NCBI GenBank assembly: GCA_002269645.1
Contig: NIVC01001238.1
Span: 124,001-188,000 of the forward strand
DNA from: Macrostomum lignano
Lineage: Eukaryota
Length of the DNA: 64,000 nt
Direction of reading: 5' to 3'
Numbering within the stretch: the stretch's first letter is position 1; every line of letters starts with the position of its first letter. The position numbers were made by a program, and so were the translations under genes. Under the pieces are notes generated by a model. It saw only the letters and a list, made by a program, of their open reading frames with translations, ran no database searches and was not told where the DNA came from. Positions 1 through 13,830 of this stretch are shown here, piece by piece.

Positions 1-110
1 CCTGTTGTACATAATGACACCTGTTGTACATAATGACACACCTGTTGTACATAATGACACACCTGTTGTACATAATGAGACACCTGTTGTACATAATGAG
101 ACACCTGTTG
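1..110. repeat. 21-bp intronic minisatellite (cctgttgtacataatgacaca)
   Basis: About 5 direct tandem copies read from the sequence; upstream of the CCM2 acceptor at 176-177. Confidence 0.95.
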
Positions 111-177
111 CGGATACTCAGTCGCAGCTCAGTGATTCTACAACATTTGATCTTCCCCAACCCCTTCATCCTCTCAG

Positions 178-1500
178 GAGATCTGCGCGGTGGCCCGACA
201 GCTGCTGCAGCTCGCCTACACGGAGGCCACTTTGGAATTCTTCGACCGCGCCCTCGGTGGCGCTGCTTCAACATCCGGCGGCGCCCCTTCGACATCCGGC
301 GCCTCCGTGCTCGGCGGCGGCGGCCACAGCGGCAGCGGGGGCGGCAGCGGAGACAGCGGCAGGGCCGGCGGCGGCGGAGCCCGCACGGCAACGGACTCGA
401 ACGCCACCCCGGTGACCTCGACAGCCAGCAGCCCCGTGATTGGCCGGCGCGACAACCCGCAGGAGGCGGTGAGCAGCCTCGCCGGCAGCCTGGCGTCCAG
501 CCTGAGCCGCCAGGAGCTGGTCACGTTCGGGCAGCTGTTCCGTGCCTGGTCCTCCGGCGCCTCCTCCTTCGCTGGCAGCGTTCGGCCCCAGCTGGAGCGG
601 CTGTTCCCGGCTGAGCGGAGCCACCTGCTGCTGGGCCTGCGGCCCTTCATCCCGGCCAGGGATCACCAGGCTTTCGATGAGTTTCTGCATGACCGCGGCC
701 TTAGACCGACCGGTTACAGTCGCTCGGTGAGCATCGGGAGCACCGCCAGCAGCGTGCGAAGTCGGGACTCCAGCGAGGTCGATCTGGACCAGGCTCTCGG
801 CTCCATCGTTGCTCAGGTGAGCCATCGGGGATGAGGATTTTGGGACTGAAATCTCTAAGTTCCCTGGCGGTTAAGAATATATCCGGTAGTCCCAATTCCG
901 ACTCTAGAAGTCCCGATCCCGACTCCAGAAGTCCCGATAGAAGTCCCGATCCCGACTCTAGAAGTCCCGATCCCAACTCTAGAAGGGCCGATCCCGACTA
1001 GTAGTCCCGATCCCGACTCTAGTAGTCCCGATCCCGACTCTAGAAGTCCCGATCCCGACTCTAGAAGTCCAGTCCCGATAGAAGTCCCGATCCCGACTCT
1101 AGAAGTCCCGTTCCCAACTCTAGAAGGGCCGATCCCGACTAGTAGTCCCGATCCCGACTCTAGAAGGGCCGATCCCACCTTTGAGATTCTTTAAATCATG
1201 ATCCTGAATGTAAAAATCCCGAGTCGGAATTTCGAGAAGAATTGACCTTCATTTGTCCTTAACCTTTCCTCTCCCCAGGTGCAGCGGCTGGACATGAGCC
1301 AGCAGCAGTTTGCCCAGCCCAGCTACTCCCGCTCCGTGTCCGCCGCCTCCGCCTCAACTGCCGGCCGGTCGCCCGGACAGCCGCACAAGTACCTCGCGCT
1401 GGACGGACTCGAAGATTCCGCCTCCATGGTGGCGCCGGCGGACTCCGGGCGAAGTCCCGTCAAGGAGCTCTCGCCGATGGGTCACGCGCACAGATTCTAA
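178..1500 (+). CDS. CCM2: CCM2/malcavernin-like gene, last two coding exons (178-816, 1279-1500): end of PTB domain plus harmonin-homology domain (HHD)
   Basis: EICAVARQLLQLAYTEATLEFFDRAL matches the CCM2 PTB C-terminus ([26 protein letters not shown] as recalled). LSRQE..F..L...LLLGLRPFIP..D...FDEFL matches the CCM2 HHD. Acceptor ctctcag at 177, donor cag|gtgag at 816/817, acceptor ctccccag at 1278, phase 0 on both sides, stop TAA 1498-1500. 5' exons lie outside the window. Confidence 0.85.
891..1178. repeat. ~21-bp intronic minisatellite (gtcccgatcccgactctagaa)
   Basis: Tandem copies inside the CCM2 intron 817-1278. Confidence 0.9.
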
Positions 1501-1509
1501 CTGGCCTTG

Positions 1510-1945
1510 CCGTCTGTTTATCCTTAATCCCGCTGTCTGTTTATCCTTAATCCCGCTGTCTGTTTATCCTTAATCCCGCTGTCTGTTTATCCTTAATCCC
1601 GATGTCTGTTTATCCTTAATCCCGCTGTCTGTTTATCCTTAATCCCGCTGTCTGTTTATCCTTAATCCCGATGTCTGTTTATCCTTAATCCCGCTGTCTG
1701 TTTATCCTTAATCCCGCTGTCTGTTTATCCTTAATCCCGCTGTCTGTTTATCCTTAATCCCGCTGTCTGTTTATCCTTAATCCCGCTGTCTGTTTATCCT
1801 TAATCCCGCTGTCTGTTTATCCTTAATCCCGATGTCTGTTTATCCTTAATCCCGCTGTCTGTTTATCCTTAATCCCGCTGTCTGTTTATCCTTAATCCTA
1901 CTGTATGTTTGTCCTTAATCCCTCTGTCCGCTTATCCTTAATCCC
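1510..1945. repeat. 23-bp minisatellite (gctgtctgtttatccttaatccc)
   Basis: About 18 tandem copies starting just after the CCM2 stop codon. Confidence 0.95.
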
Positions 1946-2719
1946 CACTTACTCATCTCACTCTCCCATTATATCAATTTGAGGTGATCACTATAATTCA
2001 TAGTTTTTAAGTAATATTTTTCGAAAAAATACTGTTTCATTACTGTTAGGGTCTTTAATAAACTATTATATTACTTTCAGTAGTAAATAGTAGATAGTAG
2101 TAGATATAAACTTTCACCACCTGTTTATATCTTTGCTTTTGATGAACGCCACTTGTTTGAACGAGAAATTATGTATTAATTAGAATATATACTCGTAGAT
2201 AAAAAATCCGCCTTAAGAGCCAGATGCTGCTATTGCTACTTCTGCTGAGTAAGTAGAATGTTGCGGATTTATAATCGCGCTATAATATCAGTTTTCCATT
2301 TCAACTAAAGAATTTCTCTAGACCTGCCCGGCTGTGAATTTTGTGTTTCCTTCAACAATCTAAATTTGTGTTTAGAAGCAACTTGCCTCATCCCTACTTG
2401 TTTTCATGTTAGATTAATGTGAATTTTTGTTTCTGTTGGCTTCAAATTGAATGTACTCTGTAAATACAGTATATGTGCTTTATTGTGTTTACTGTAATCT
2501 TTTATTATATACATTAGCCTTTTACCTGTTACATTCCTCTTAGTAATAGTATAGTGCTTGACTACTCTGAGTATACAGTTAATTCTGCCATTCGTTTCAA
2601 TCCTGTTCTCGCTTTCAGAACTTTTAACTGCATCTCGCCTTTATTGGGTTCTGAAATTGCAGTATAATCTCATTGCATATGAATACTACACTTAGTGGGG
2701 ATCCTGATTGCACTTTGTA

Positions 2720-3240
2720 TGGGATCGTCATCCCACTCCGTTATGGGATTCTAATCCCACTCTGTTATGGGATCCTAATCCCTCTGTTATGGAATCCTAA
2801 TCCCACTCTGTTATGGGATCCTAATCCCACTCTGTTATGGAATCCTAATCCCTCTGTTATGGGGATCCTAATCCCACTCTGTTATGGGATCCTAATCCCA
2901 CTCTGTTATGGGATCCTAATCCCACTCTGTTATGGGATCCTAATCCCACTCTGTTATGGGATCCTAATCCCACTCTGTTATGGGGATCCCAATCCCACTC
3001 CTTTATGGGATTATAATCCCACTCTGTTATGGGATCCTAATCCCACTCTGTTATGGGATCCTAATCCCACTCTGTTATGGGGATCCCAATCCCACTCCTT
3101 TATGGGATTATAATCCCACTCTGTTATGGGATCCTAATCCCACTCTGTTATGGGATCCTAATCCCACTCTGTTATGGGATCTTAATCCCACCCTGTTATG
3201 GGATCCTAATCCCACTCTGTTATGGGATCCTAGTCCCAGT
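2720..3240. repeat. 24-bp minisatellite (gttatgggatcctaatcccactct)
   Basis: Tandem copies; each unit holds a small inverted repeat gggat..atccc. Confidence 0.95.
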
Positions 3241-3352
3241 ATTGCAGGTAAAAGTCCCATCATTATATGGGAGTTATCTTACAACTTGTGGCGTTGTCGA
3301 TATGCGTATTTCAGCATCCAACGCACTGCTCTCCATATTGATGCCGCTTTGA

Positions 3353-4592
3353 GCGCCTGATACGAAATTCAACAAGCTGGACTCCGAAAACCAACGTCGT
3401 CAGGAGGCGGTCGACAGCCTGGTCTGCAGCCTGAGCCGCCAGGAGATGGAGCAGTTTGGCCAGCTGCTCAGCAACTGGGAATCCGGCGCCGCCTTTGCTG
3501 GCAGCGTGCGGCCTCAGCTGGAGCGGCTGTTTCCGGCTGAGCGGAGCCACCTGCTGCTGCGCCTGCTGCCGCTCGTGCCCGACAGAGACCGCCGGGCCTT
3601 CGAAGATTTCCTTCGTAATTGGGTAAGCATTTGCGCTCGTCTCGTGCTGCAGTTTCTGCGCCACCGCCAGCCTCCCAGATCCTCAGTTTCTGGGCCAGCC
3701 TCCCAGATCCTCAGTTGCTGGGCCAGCCTCCCTGATCCTCAGTTGCTGGGCCAGCCTCCCAGATCCTCAGTTGCTGGGCCAGCCTCCCAATTCCTCAGTT
3801 GCTGGGCCAGCCTCCCAGATGCTCAGTTGCTGGGCCAGCCTCCCAGATTCTCAGTTGCTGGGCCAGCCTCCCATATACTCAGTTGCTGGGCCAGCCTCCC
3901 AGATGCTCAGTTGCTGGGCCAGCCTCCCAATTCCTCAGTTGCTGGGCCAGCCTCCCAGATGCTCAGTTGCTGGGCCAGCCTCCCAGATGCTCAGTTGCTG
4001 GGCCAGCCTCCCAGATGCTCAGTTGCTGGGCCAGCCTCCCAGATCCTCAGTTGCTGGGCCAGCCTCCCAATTCCTCAGTTGCTGAGCCAGCCTCCCAGAT
4101 GCTCAGTTGCTGGGCCAGCCTCCCAGATGCTCAGTTGCTGGGCCAGCCTCCCAGATGCTCAGTTGCTGGGCCAGCCTCCCATATCCTCAGTTGCTGGGCC
4201 AGCCTCCCAGATGCTCAGTTGCTGGGCCAGCCTCCCAGTTCCTCAGTTGCTGGGCCAGCCTCCCAGATGCTCAGTTGCTGGGCCAGCCTCCCAGATGCTC
4301 AGTTGCTGGGCCAGCCTCCCAGATGCTCAGTTGCTGGGCCAGCCTCCCAGATGCTCAGTTGCTGGCCCAGCCTCCCAGATGCTCAGTTGCTGGGCCAGCC
4401 TCTAAGATCCTCAGTTGCTGGGCCAGCCTCCCAGATCCTCAGTTGCTCGGCCAGCCTCCCAGATCCTCAGGCCTGGGGATGCTGATTGGTATTTGATCCT
4501 TGCCTTCCATCGCGCAGGCTCGGCCAGACCCGGACACTGGCCGCAGTCCGGTCGACGAACTCGCCCCAGTGGGTCACATGCACAGGCTCTGA
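3353..4592 (+). CDS. Duplicated CCM2 HHD + C-terminal tail (exons ~3353-3622 and 4518-4592); HHD-only paralog, alternative 3' module or pseudogene
   Basis: QEAVDSLVCSLSRQEMEQFGQLLSNWESGAAFAGSVRPQLERLFPAERSHLLLRLLPLVP parallels the first copy. Donor tgg|gtaagc at 3622/3623, acceptor cgcgcag at 4517, both phase 0. Tail DTGRSPVDELAPVGHMHRL* parallels DSGRSPVKELSPMGHAHRF*. In-frame TGA at 3350-3352; 5' end unresolved. Confidence 0.7.
3668..4460. repeat. 28-bp intronic minisatellite (gctcagttgctgggccagcctcccagat)
   Basis: About 28 tandem copies filling intron 3623-4517. Confidence 0.95.
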
Positions 4593-5102
4593 CCACTGCT
4601 CGCACCCGCGTCGGTGCTACTTCCGGCCCAGGACTGACTGCTGTTCATAACCGCCACATCCCGCTGTCTACTTCCAGTGTGCTAACAGAAAAAATTATAT
4701 CAGAGTTTTCTATTTGTGATTGTGGATTCTATTTTTAGCTTAACATTTATTTTTCTACTTTCAGTAATATCTCCTGTAAGTTCAGTAGTATTTGCGTTTC
4801 CTGCACGGAAACTGCTGCATTCCATTGGCCGGTTGGCTCAGCTGTTGCTATTTTTGTTTTAATTTTGCACTGGCCATGACTACAAATCGAAATATGCTGC
4901 TTTTAAAGCTTTTTGTAAAGATATTGATAAATACAAAGAGGAATATTTTTTTATAAAATTATGTACTCATTTTTTCATAGATTTTCTGACACAACATTTC
5001 TTGCAAAAGTTGTTTGTTTTCGTCTCTTTAGCCTTTAAAGACATTATTTCACGGATAAATCATTTACGAGCGTATCTTATATAAATACCACAGAATTTGA
5101 TA

Positions 5103-5556
5103 AAGTGAAGTTTATTTAGTCTTTGGCCAGCTCAGTCCTAAAAGAGTGAGTTTGATTAAGTCAGCACTCGGGGTTTACCATAGACTATAGTAAAGCAATG
5201 GAATCGATTTAGTCAAGTGCCACGTATTTAAACCCTTCCATGACTTGATTTTAGTCTAAGTGAATTTCATTTAGTCATCATAGCGGCAGCTGCAGACATA
5301 TGCAGAGCCACTATCTCTGAGCAGGACCGACGAAGACTCATCGACGCCTTTGTTGGCAATGCCGATTGGCAGCAACTAGCGAGACAGCTAAACATCCCAC
5401 GCCAGTCTGCCAGAAATGTTATCGTCAAATACGAGCAAAGTTCAGGCCTCGAGCCAACATTTCTTTACTATAGTCTATGGTAAACCCCTAGTGCTGCCTA
5501 AATCGAACTCACCTTTTTTAGGACTGAGCTGGCCAAAGACTAAATAAACTTCACTT
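5103..5556 (+). mobile_element. Internally deleted DNA transposon (MITE-like, probably Tc1/mariner-type) with ~93-bp TIRs and an HTH remnant
   Basis: 5103-5195 is an imperfect inverted repeat of 5463-5556. Internal 5313-5441 reads ISEQDRRRLIDAFVGNADWQQLARQLNIPRQSARNVIVKYEQS, resembling a transposase N-terminal HTH. Superfamily assignment is inference. Confidence 0.7.
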
Positions 5557-5639
5557 ATGTCCAAAAATGTTAAAATGTGTATTACAATTGGGGCGAACAT
5601 ATAAGGTACATGTACGAGTATTTGGGTTTGTGAGATGTC

Positions 5640-6060
5640 TGGGATTGTGGGATATTGTAGGATATCTGAGATTGTGGGATATTGTAGGATATCTGAGATT
5701 GTGGGATATTGTAGGATATCTGAGATTGTGGGATATTGTAGGATATCTGGGATTGTGGCATATTTGGGATTGTGGCATATCTGGGATTGTGGGATATCTG
5801 GGATTATGGGATATCTGGGATTGTGGTATATCTGGGATTGTGGGATATCTGGGATTGTGGCAAATCTGGGATTGTGGCATATCTAGGATTGTGGCATATC
5901 TAGGATTGTGGGATATCTGTGATTGTGGGATATCTGGGATTGTGGGATATCTGGGATTATGGGATATCTGGGATTGTGGCATATCTGGGATTGTGGCATA
6001 TCTGGGATTGTGGGATATCTGGGATTGTGGCATATCTGGGATAATCAGAATTCGGGATAT
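5640..6060. repeat. 17-bp minisatellite (gggattgtgggatatct and variants)
   Basis: Tandem copies read directly. Confidence 0.9.
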
Positions 6061-7372
6061 CTAGGAGGGATATGTGATATCAGGGACTATAGGATCTGTA
6101 TGATTTTGGGATATGACAAAGAATTCAAGTTGCTGGGGCATTAGTAAGTACATTGAATTATTTCAGTTTGCTCCCATCCAGTCTGAACAATTTGTTAACA
6201 ATTAACTTGCGCCTGAAGTCGGAAGTCTCAGACCCGCTGGGGACGCTTGAATGACATTCCCCAGGCCGGGCAGAGCCCCGCAGCTTCAGGCCATCATTAG
6301 CGCGCACGCAAAGATGCGCAGCGGTCTGTCTGCTTAATTGTGTCTCCCTCCCACACACCGCGGCTTTCCTGGCTCCTCCAGGTTGGCGCGCTTCAATTCA
6401 TTATCAAGGCCGTCTGAGAGTTGCTTCTAAGAAGAGAAGTCTGCACGCGGGGTCCATTGTTCTCACTTCCTAGCGACAGGGAACCTAGGAGGTCCAAGTA
6501 GCCCAGATCCCTATGCCCGGTGCTCCTTGGCGCTGCTGATTTGGGCCCAGCCTGTCTGCCCATGATCCCCTCCCCACACCCTCTCTCTACTGCAGCCAAG
6601 AGGAACTGAGCCTCCTGGTCCAATTAGCGGCCTCTGCGGCACGGGAAAGGCATTTGGAGGGAAGGTTGGAGGCCCAAGGAAAGTCAAAGTCAGAGAGTAT
6701 TAAACCTGGGCACAGCCTGCAGTTCGTGTCTGCCCGCCTGTAACTCTGTCTGCCGATTGACGAAGTTTTCCGCTTGTTTTTTTATTCCAAGAAATACCGC
6801 GCGAGACCCCATCTGGACAGGAAGCAGGATTCGAACCCGGGCCCAGTCATGTCAGAAAGCTGCCCGGTCTGCTGCTCCCCGCTGGGCAGGTGAGCTAAAA
6901 TAAAGATTCTCATGACCTAATGGGTCTGCTAAACTCGGGCAACTAGGAGAAGACGCGGTGTTGCTGGGGGGGGGATATCCAATGCGTTACCAGCAGACCG
7001 GCCTGTCCATGACGGAACCCTCGGGGCTTGTCCGTCTCCTGCGAAATCATCTTTCTGCTGAGAGAGAGAGGCGGGCTCGATGCCGCAGGCCCATCCGTCA
7101 GGACCTCCTGCGCTGCCACCCCCCGCCTCCCTTCAGTAGTTTTGCGATGAAGAATGATCGAGAAGCTGGAAGCGGCAGCGTTTTTTCTCTGCCCTCGGGG
7201 ATTTTTAATTGCCGAACTGCGCATGAATCCCCCGCTCGTTAAATTCGGACAGCTTGGGGATTTTTTGTCTGTTCGCCTCGCTTGGCTGTCCGTTGCCTTA
7301 ACTAGCTGGTGTCCGCAGGCTGGGGCACAGAACCTCCGGCTATTGCTCGCCGTCAGCCTTGGGCAATGTACC

Positions 7373-7760
7373 TGACACCCCAGTGTGACTCACCTGACAC
7401 CCCAGTTTGACTCATCTGACACCCCAGTTTGACTCACCTGACACCCCAGTTTGACTCATCCAACACCCCAGTTTGGCTCACCTGACACCCCAGTTTAACT
7501 CACCTGACACCCCAGTTTAACTCACCTGACACCTTAGTTTGGCTCACCTGACACTCCAGTTTAACAAACCTGACACTCCAGTTTAACAGACCTGACACTC
7601 CAGTTTAACAGACCTGACACTCCAGTTTAACTCACCTGACACCCCAGTTTAACTCACCTGACACCCCAGTTTAACTCACCTGACACCCCAGTTTAACTCA
7701 CCTGACACCCCAGTTTAACAAACCTGACACCCCAGTTTAACAAACCTGACACCCTCAGTT
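7373..7760. repeat. 22-bp minisatellite (cacctgacaccccagtttaact)
   Basis: Tandem copies read directly. Confidence 0.95.
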
Positions 7761-8501
7761 TGGCTCAGAATCTCCCTTAAACCGCTTGAGTCCCCACCCT
7801 GCAGAAAGGCGGGCCAGCTGCTCCGGAACTTGGAGAGCTTGGGAAACCTTCGCCAAGTGGGGCGATGGGGCAAACAGGGAAGTGAGTGGAAAACTGGATT
7901 CCACCGTACGGGTGGACACGAAATCGATAGCAGAGTAGATGAAGAATGACGAGAGGCTGGAGGAGACACGGCAGCAGAGCAGCGACTGTCTGTCAACAGA
8001 GTCCTCAGCCCCAAAACCCGAAGTTTTCTGGGTAGAGACGAGAAACCAGGAGCTCCCAGTTGTGACTGGAAGACCGAATCTGCGTGTTCACATGCTTGCC
8101 TGCTCGGTGCTGCTGTCCCATGTCTCTCTGCCCAGCCGCTCAGCACTGCATTTTTGCATTCTGTTACCAATGCTGTCACCAATCGTTACATATCTTCAGA
8201 ATTTAGTGCATATCTAATTCCTTTGCTTGACTTTCCTTTCTTTTGCCCAGGCGCTGGCTCTACCAATCACATTGTCATTGTCAGCAAACTCCTTAAACTG
8301 GCATCTCTTAAAGCCAGTCAGCCGTGAGCTGAAGGGTCTCAAGCCCCCGCCCCTCGGGGTTCGCTGATCAATAAAGGGGCCGCCTAGCAGAGAGAGAAAT
8401 TCATTCGCATGAAGTGGCTGCTATTTTTAGCCTGACTGCATCTTTTGCTGGCAAGCTTGTAAAAGTGCAGCCAGCAGATCCATTGGCTGCTGCTTCACTG
8501 T

Positions 8502-9290
8502 GTGCGCCTGGCTTTGGCCTGGGGTGCCAGCTGGGGCTGCCTGTGCGCCTGGCTTTGGCCTGGGGTGCCAGCTGGGGCTGCCTGTGCGCCTGGCTTTGGC
8601 CTGGGGTGCCAGCTGGGGCTGCCTGTGCGCCTGGCTTTGGCCTGGGGTGCCAGCTGGGCTGCCTGTGCGCCTGGCTTTGGCCTGGGGTGCCAGCTGGGGC
8701 TGCCTGTGCGCCTGGCTTTGGCCTGGGGTGCCAGCTGGGGCTGCCTGTGCGCCTGGCTTTGGCCTGGGGTGCCAGCTGGGGCTGCCTGTGCGCCTGGCTT
8801 TGGCCTGGGGTGCCAGCTGGGGCTGCCTGTGCGCCTGGCTTTGGCCTGGGGTGCCAGCTGGGGCTGCCTGTGCGCCTGGCTTTGGCCTGGGGTGCCAGCT
8901 GGGGCTGCCTGTGCGCCTGGCTTTGGCCTGGGGTGCCAGCTGGGGCTGCCTGTGCGCCTGGCTTTGGCCTGGGGTGCCAGCTGGGGCTGCCTGTGTGCCT
9001 GGCTTTGGCCTGGGGTGCCAGCTGGGGCTGCCTGTGCGCCTGGCTTTGGCCTGGGGTGCCAGCTGGGGCTGCCTGTGCGCCTGGCTTTGGCCTGGGGTGC
9101 CAACTGGGGCTGCCTGTGCGCCTGGCTTTGGCCTGGGGTGCCAACTGGGGCTGCCTGTGCGCCTGGCTTTGGCCTGGGGTGCCAACTGGGGCTGCCTGTG
9201 CGCCTGGCTTTGGCCTGGGGTGCCAACTGGGGCTGCCTGTGCGCCCGGCTTTGGCCTGGGGTGCCAACTGGGGCTGCCTGTGCGCCTGGG
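8502..9290. repeat. 41-bp GC-rich minisatellite (gcctggctttggcctggggtgccagctggggctgcctgtgc)
   Basis: About 19 highly homogeneous tandem copies. Confidence 0.95.
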
Positions 9291-9349
9291 GCACTGGGAA
9301 TGGCGATGCCACTGCGGCCCTAGGAGTTGGAGTCCTAGTACTTACTACA

Positions 9350-9444
9350 GACATACAGACAGAGACAGACAGAATGAAATGACAGGCAGACAGAATGACA
9401 GACAGACAGACAGACAGACAGACAGAGCAGACAGGCAGGCAGGC

Positions 9445-9483
<39 letters not shown>

Positions 9484-9515
9484 GCAGACAGGCAGGCAGA
9501 CAGACAGACAGACAG
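9350..9515. repeat. (GACA)n microsatellite
   Basis: Direct reading. Confidence 0.95.
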
Positions 9516-10000
9516 CCTCGTTCCCCTGTTCACAGGCATCGAACCCTTTCAGCGCTTTTACCGTCGCTCAATTTCGCACTGAGTGGCGCCTGTCCGTCAA
9601 TGCCGCAATAAAAGCGGGGGTTTTTACAAAATCGAAACCTGAAAATTACGGAGAAAATGCCGCCCATTTCTCGAACGATAAAGCCGCTCGATTGTCCAAA
9701 CTGCCCTTGTCCACTCCAACTCCCAGATGCAAACATGGAGACAAGAGAGAACTGTCCACTTGGGAGCCAGCAGGGGCGATTTATCCTCAGGAGACCCGGC
9801 CTTGTGGGTGGCTGGGACTCTGCTTCTGTCAGCCAACAAAGAAAAGGAAGAATTTCGGAAGCATTCCAGATCAAAAAATGGAAAAATCTTTTCGCGTTCT
9901 GTGTTTTGTAAAAAAGTTTTCCGTGTCGCTCACGAGCGTATTGACTCTTCTAGCTGGGGACATCCCGCTATCACAGGGCCTGCCCGCTGCTTTGCTTTAT

Positions 10001-10580
10001 CTCTCCCGCCCTCTCTCCCGCCCTCTCTCCCGCCCTCTCTCCCGCCCTCTCTCCCGCCCTCTCTCCCGCTCTCTCTCCCGCCCTCTCTCCCGCCCTCTCT
10101 CCCGCCCTCTCTCCCGCCCTCTCTCCGCCTTCTCCCGCCCTCTCTCCCGCTCTCTCTCCCGCCCTCTCTCCCGCCTTCTCCCGCTCTCTCTCCCGCCCTC
10201 TCTCCCGCCCTCTCTCCCGCCCTCTCTCCCGCTCTCTCTCCCGCCCTCTCTCCCGCCCTCCCTCCCGCCCTCTCCCGCCCTCTCTCCCGCCCTCCCTCCC
10301 GCCCTCCCTCCCGCCCTCCCTCCCGCCCTCTCCCGCCCTCTCTCCCGCCCTCCCTCCCGCCCTCCCTCCCGCCCTCTCCCGCCCTCTCTCCCGCCCTCCC
10401 TCCCGCCCTCTCCCGCCCTCTCTCCCGCCCTCCCTCCCGCCCTCCCTCCCGCCCTCTCCCGCCCTCTCTCCCGCCCTCCTCTCCCGCCCTCTCTCCCGCC
10501 CTCTCTCCCGCCCTCTCCCGCCCTCTCTCCCGCCCTCCCTCCCGCCCTCTCTCCGCCCTCCCTCCCGCCTCTCTCCCGCC
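10001..10580. repeat. 12-bp pyrimidine-rich minisatellite (ctctctcccgcc)
   Basis: Direct reading. Confidence 0.95.
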
Positions 10581-11324
10581 CTCAAAGCCTTAATCCCCAG
10601 TCCGCGCCAGTCCCGCCTGTTTACTCAGTCGCTCCCGCTAGCCGGGGATAAAAGTGCAGGCAAGAAAATATCCCAAGCAGGCAGGCTGGCAGGAGGAACC
10701 AGGCGATCCTGAGCTTTTGAAAATTTACTGTGGGTGGCCCTAACAATGGGTGAAGTCCGGTTTGATTGGCAGGTGCTTCATTGCCCACCTGAGGACCGGG
10801 CCGTGCGCAGAGCAATGTGGGAACTGGCTTTATCATATTAGAATGAAATAAATGCTCACTACCCCACTCGTGCTGTAAAATTTAGAGTTCAACGTGAAAT
10901 TAAATTAGTAATATCCAGACTATAACAAATTTCTAATATTAATTTAAACAAGAAACCTTACGCAATTTTTTTTTCAAATTTGTACGATAAATTTCCTTCT
11001 AACTGGTAGGTGGGCTAAAGTCCAGTGGGTCATCCAAGCGGCTTGATCCGCCCCGCCCCCGCTCCGATCACGTGAGGTTATCTTATCCGGCTCCTCTGTT
11101 ACAGTTAGCGTTAATCCTCCCTTTAGCCAGAGGACATTATCCGATAGGTTTGATTGACAGCTCAGCGGCTCTTAGAGGCGGTGGCGGCGGCTCAAGCCAG
11201 CTGTTTGCGCATTTCAAATGTGTGCTGCGATTCTATACTGAGCTGCCCACCTATGGTTGCTTGTGCTGCGATTCTATACTGAGCTGCCCACCTATGGCTG
11301 CTTGTGCTGCGATTCTATACTGAG

Positions 11325-12520
<1,196 letters not shown>

Positions 12521-12600
12521 GGGAGAGGAAAATGGAAAATGGACAGAGTGCAGGGAGAGGGCGCACAGAGTGGACAGGGTGTCAGATGCAAACCGCTGAC

Positions 12601-12901
12601 CTCAGGATGTAGTCAGCAGGGTGCAGGCAAATTGGGCACCGTGGAAGGCAACACAGACAAAAGTTGGAGCAGTTATCGCACCGCAGCCGCAGTGAGAGAA
12701 GTAAGCAATCTGCCCGGTGCCCCGGGTTCTCACCCCGCTCCTGGGCAATCCGTTGTGGACAGCCAGAGAAAGCAAATGCAAATTCAAATGCATCCACACT
12801 ACACCAGCCCCTGTCTGTGTTAAACAGCTGAGCCATGCAGTCGCAGGCTGCTGATGCCACAGCCCCGCCGCTCTCTCGGCACTTCATCTGCCTGTCTTTA
12901 A
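12601..12901 (-). CDS. Putative isolated Cys-rich coding exon of an unidentified gene
   Basis: Minus-strand acceptor ttgcctgcag and donor ctgag|gtcagc bound a 301-bp open frame ending ...CDNCSNFCLCCLPRCPICLHPADYILR. No family recognised. Confidence 0.3.
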
Positions 12902-13239
12902 CTGCAGGCAAAGCCAGTGCATTACCAGCCAGCGTTTTTTAATCGAAATCGCTTCAAACTCCGCCTTGCTGCTGGCGATGGATTATCCCGAGACTGGGAG
13001 ATGGAGAACCGCCCGCCTCCGTCCCCCGGTCGCGGGATCGATGCCCCATTCTCCCATTTTCTCCCCTGAAACAAGCTGCTTCTCCCCTGAGATCCGTTCC
13101 GCACTGCTAGCCAGGTGTTTGGCACGTGTTGGAAATCAATGCCTACGGAATCTTTTGGGAATAAAAAATTGAAGCGAATTGCATTGGAAATGCGAGCTTA
13201 GACGGCAGTTTTTAGGGGCCCGATTCAGGTTGAGGAAAA

Positions 13240-13830
13240 TTGAGGGGGTAATGAGAGAAGGGAGAGGCAGGGAGAGGGGATCAGGGAGAGGGGAAGAAGA
13301 GATGGGAACAGGTAGAGGGGAGGAGGAGAGGGGAACAGGGAGAGGGGAAGAGGAGAAGGGAACAGGGAGAGGGGAAGAGGAGAAGGGAACAGGGAGAGGG
13401 GAATAGGGAGAGGGGATCAGGGAGAAGGGAACAGGGAGAGGGGAAGAAGAGAAGGGAACAGGGAGAGGGGAAGAAGAGAGGGGAACAGAGGGAGGGGAAG
13501 AAGAGAGGGGAACAGGGAGAGGGGAAGAGGAGAAGGGAACAGGGAGAGGGGAAGAGGAGATGGGAACAGGGAGAGGGGAGGAGGAGATGGGAACAGGGAG
13601 AGGGGAATAGGGAGAGGGGATCAGGGAGAAGGGAACAGGGTAGGGGAAAAGAGAGAGAGAGAGGAAGAAAACAAAGGGAATAGGAAGAGGGGAACATGGG
13701 AAGAAGAAAGAAAGAGGAAGAGGAGAAGGGAAGAAAGAGAAAGGATGAGGGAGAGAGGGGTGAGAGAAGGGTAGTGAGGGAGAATAGAGAACGAGGGAGG
13801 TAGAGATAAGGAGGGCAGGGAGAGGGTGAG
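13240..13830. repeat. Purine-rich degenerate minisatellite (gggaacagggagaggggaagaggag)
   Basis: Direct reading. Confidence 0.85.

Noticed and set aside
6800-6900. tRNA gene suggested by a minus-strand GGTTCGAATCC B box (also at 24342 and 35833)
   Set aside because: No complete cloverleaf or acceptor stem; best read as SINE heads or decayed tRNA-derived sequence.
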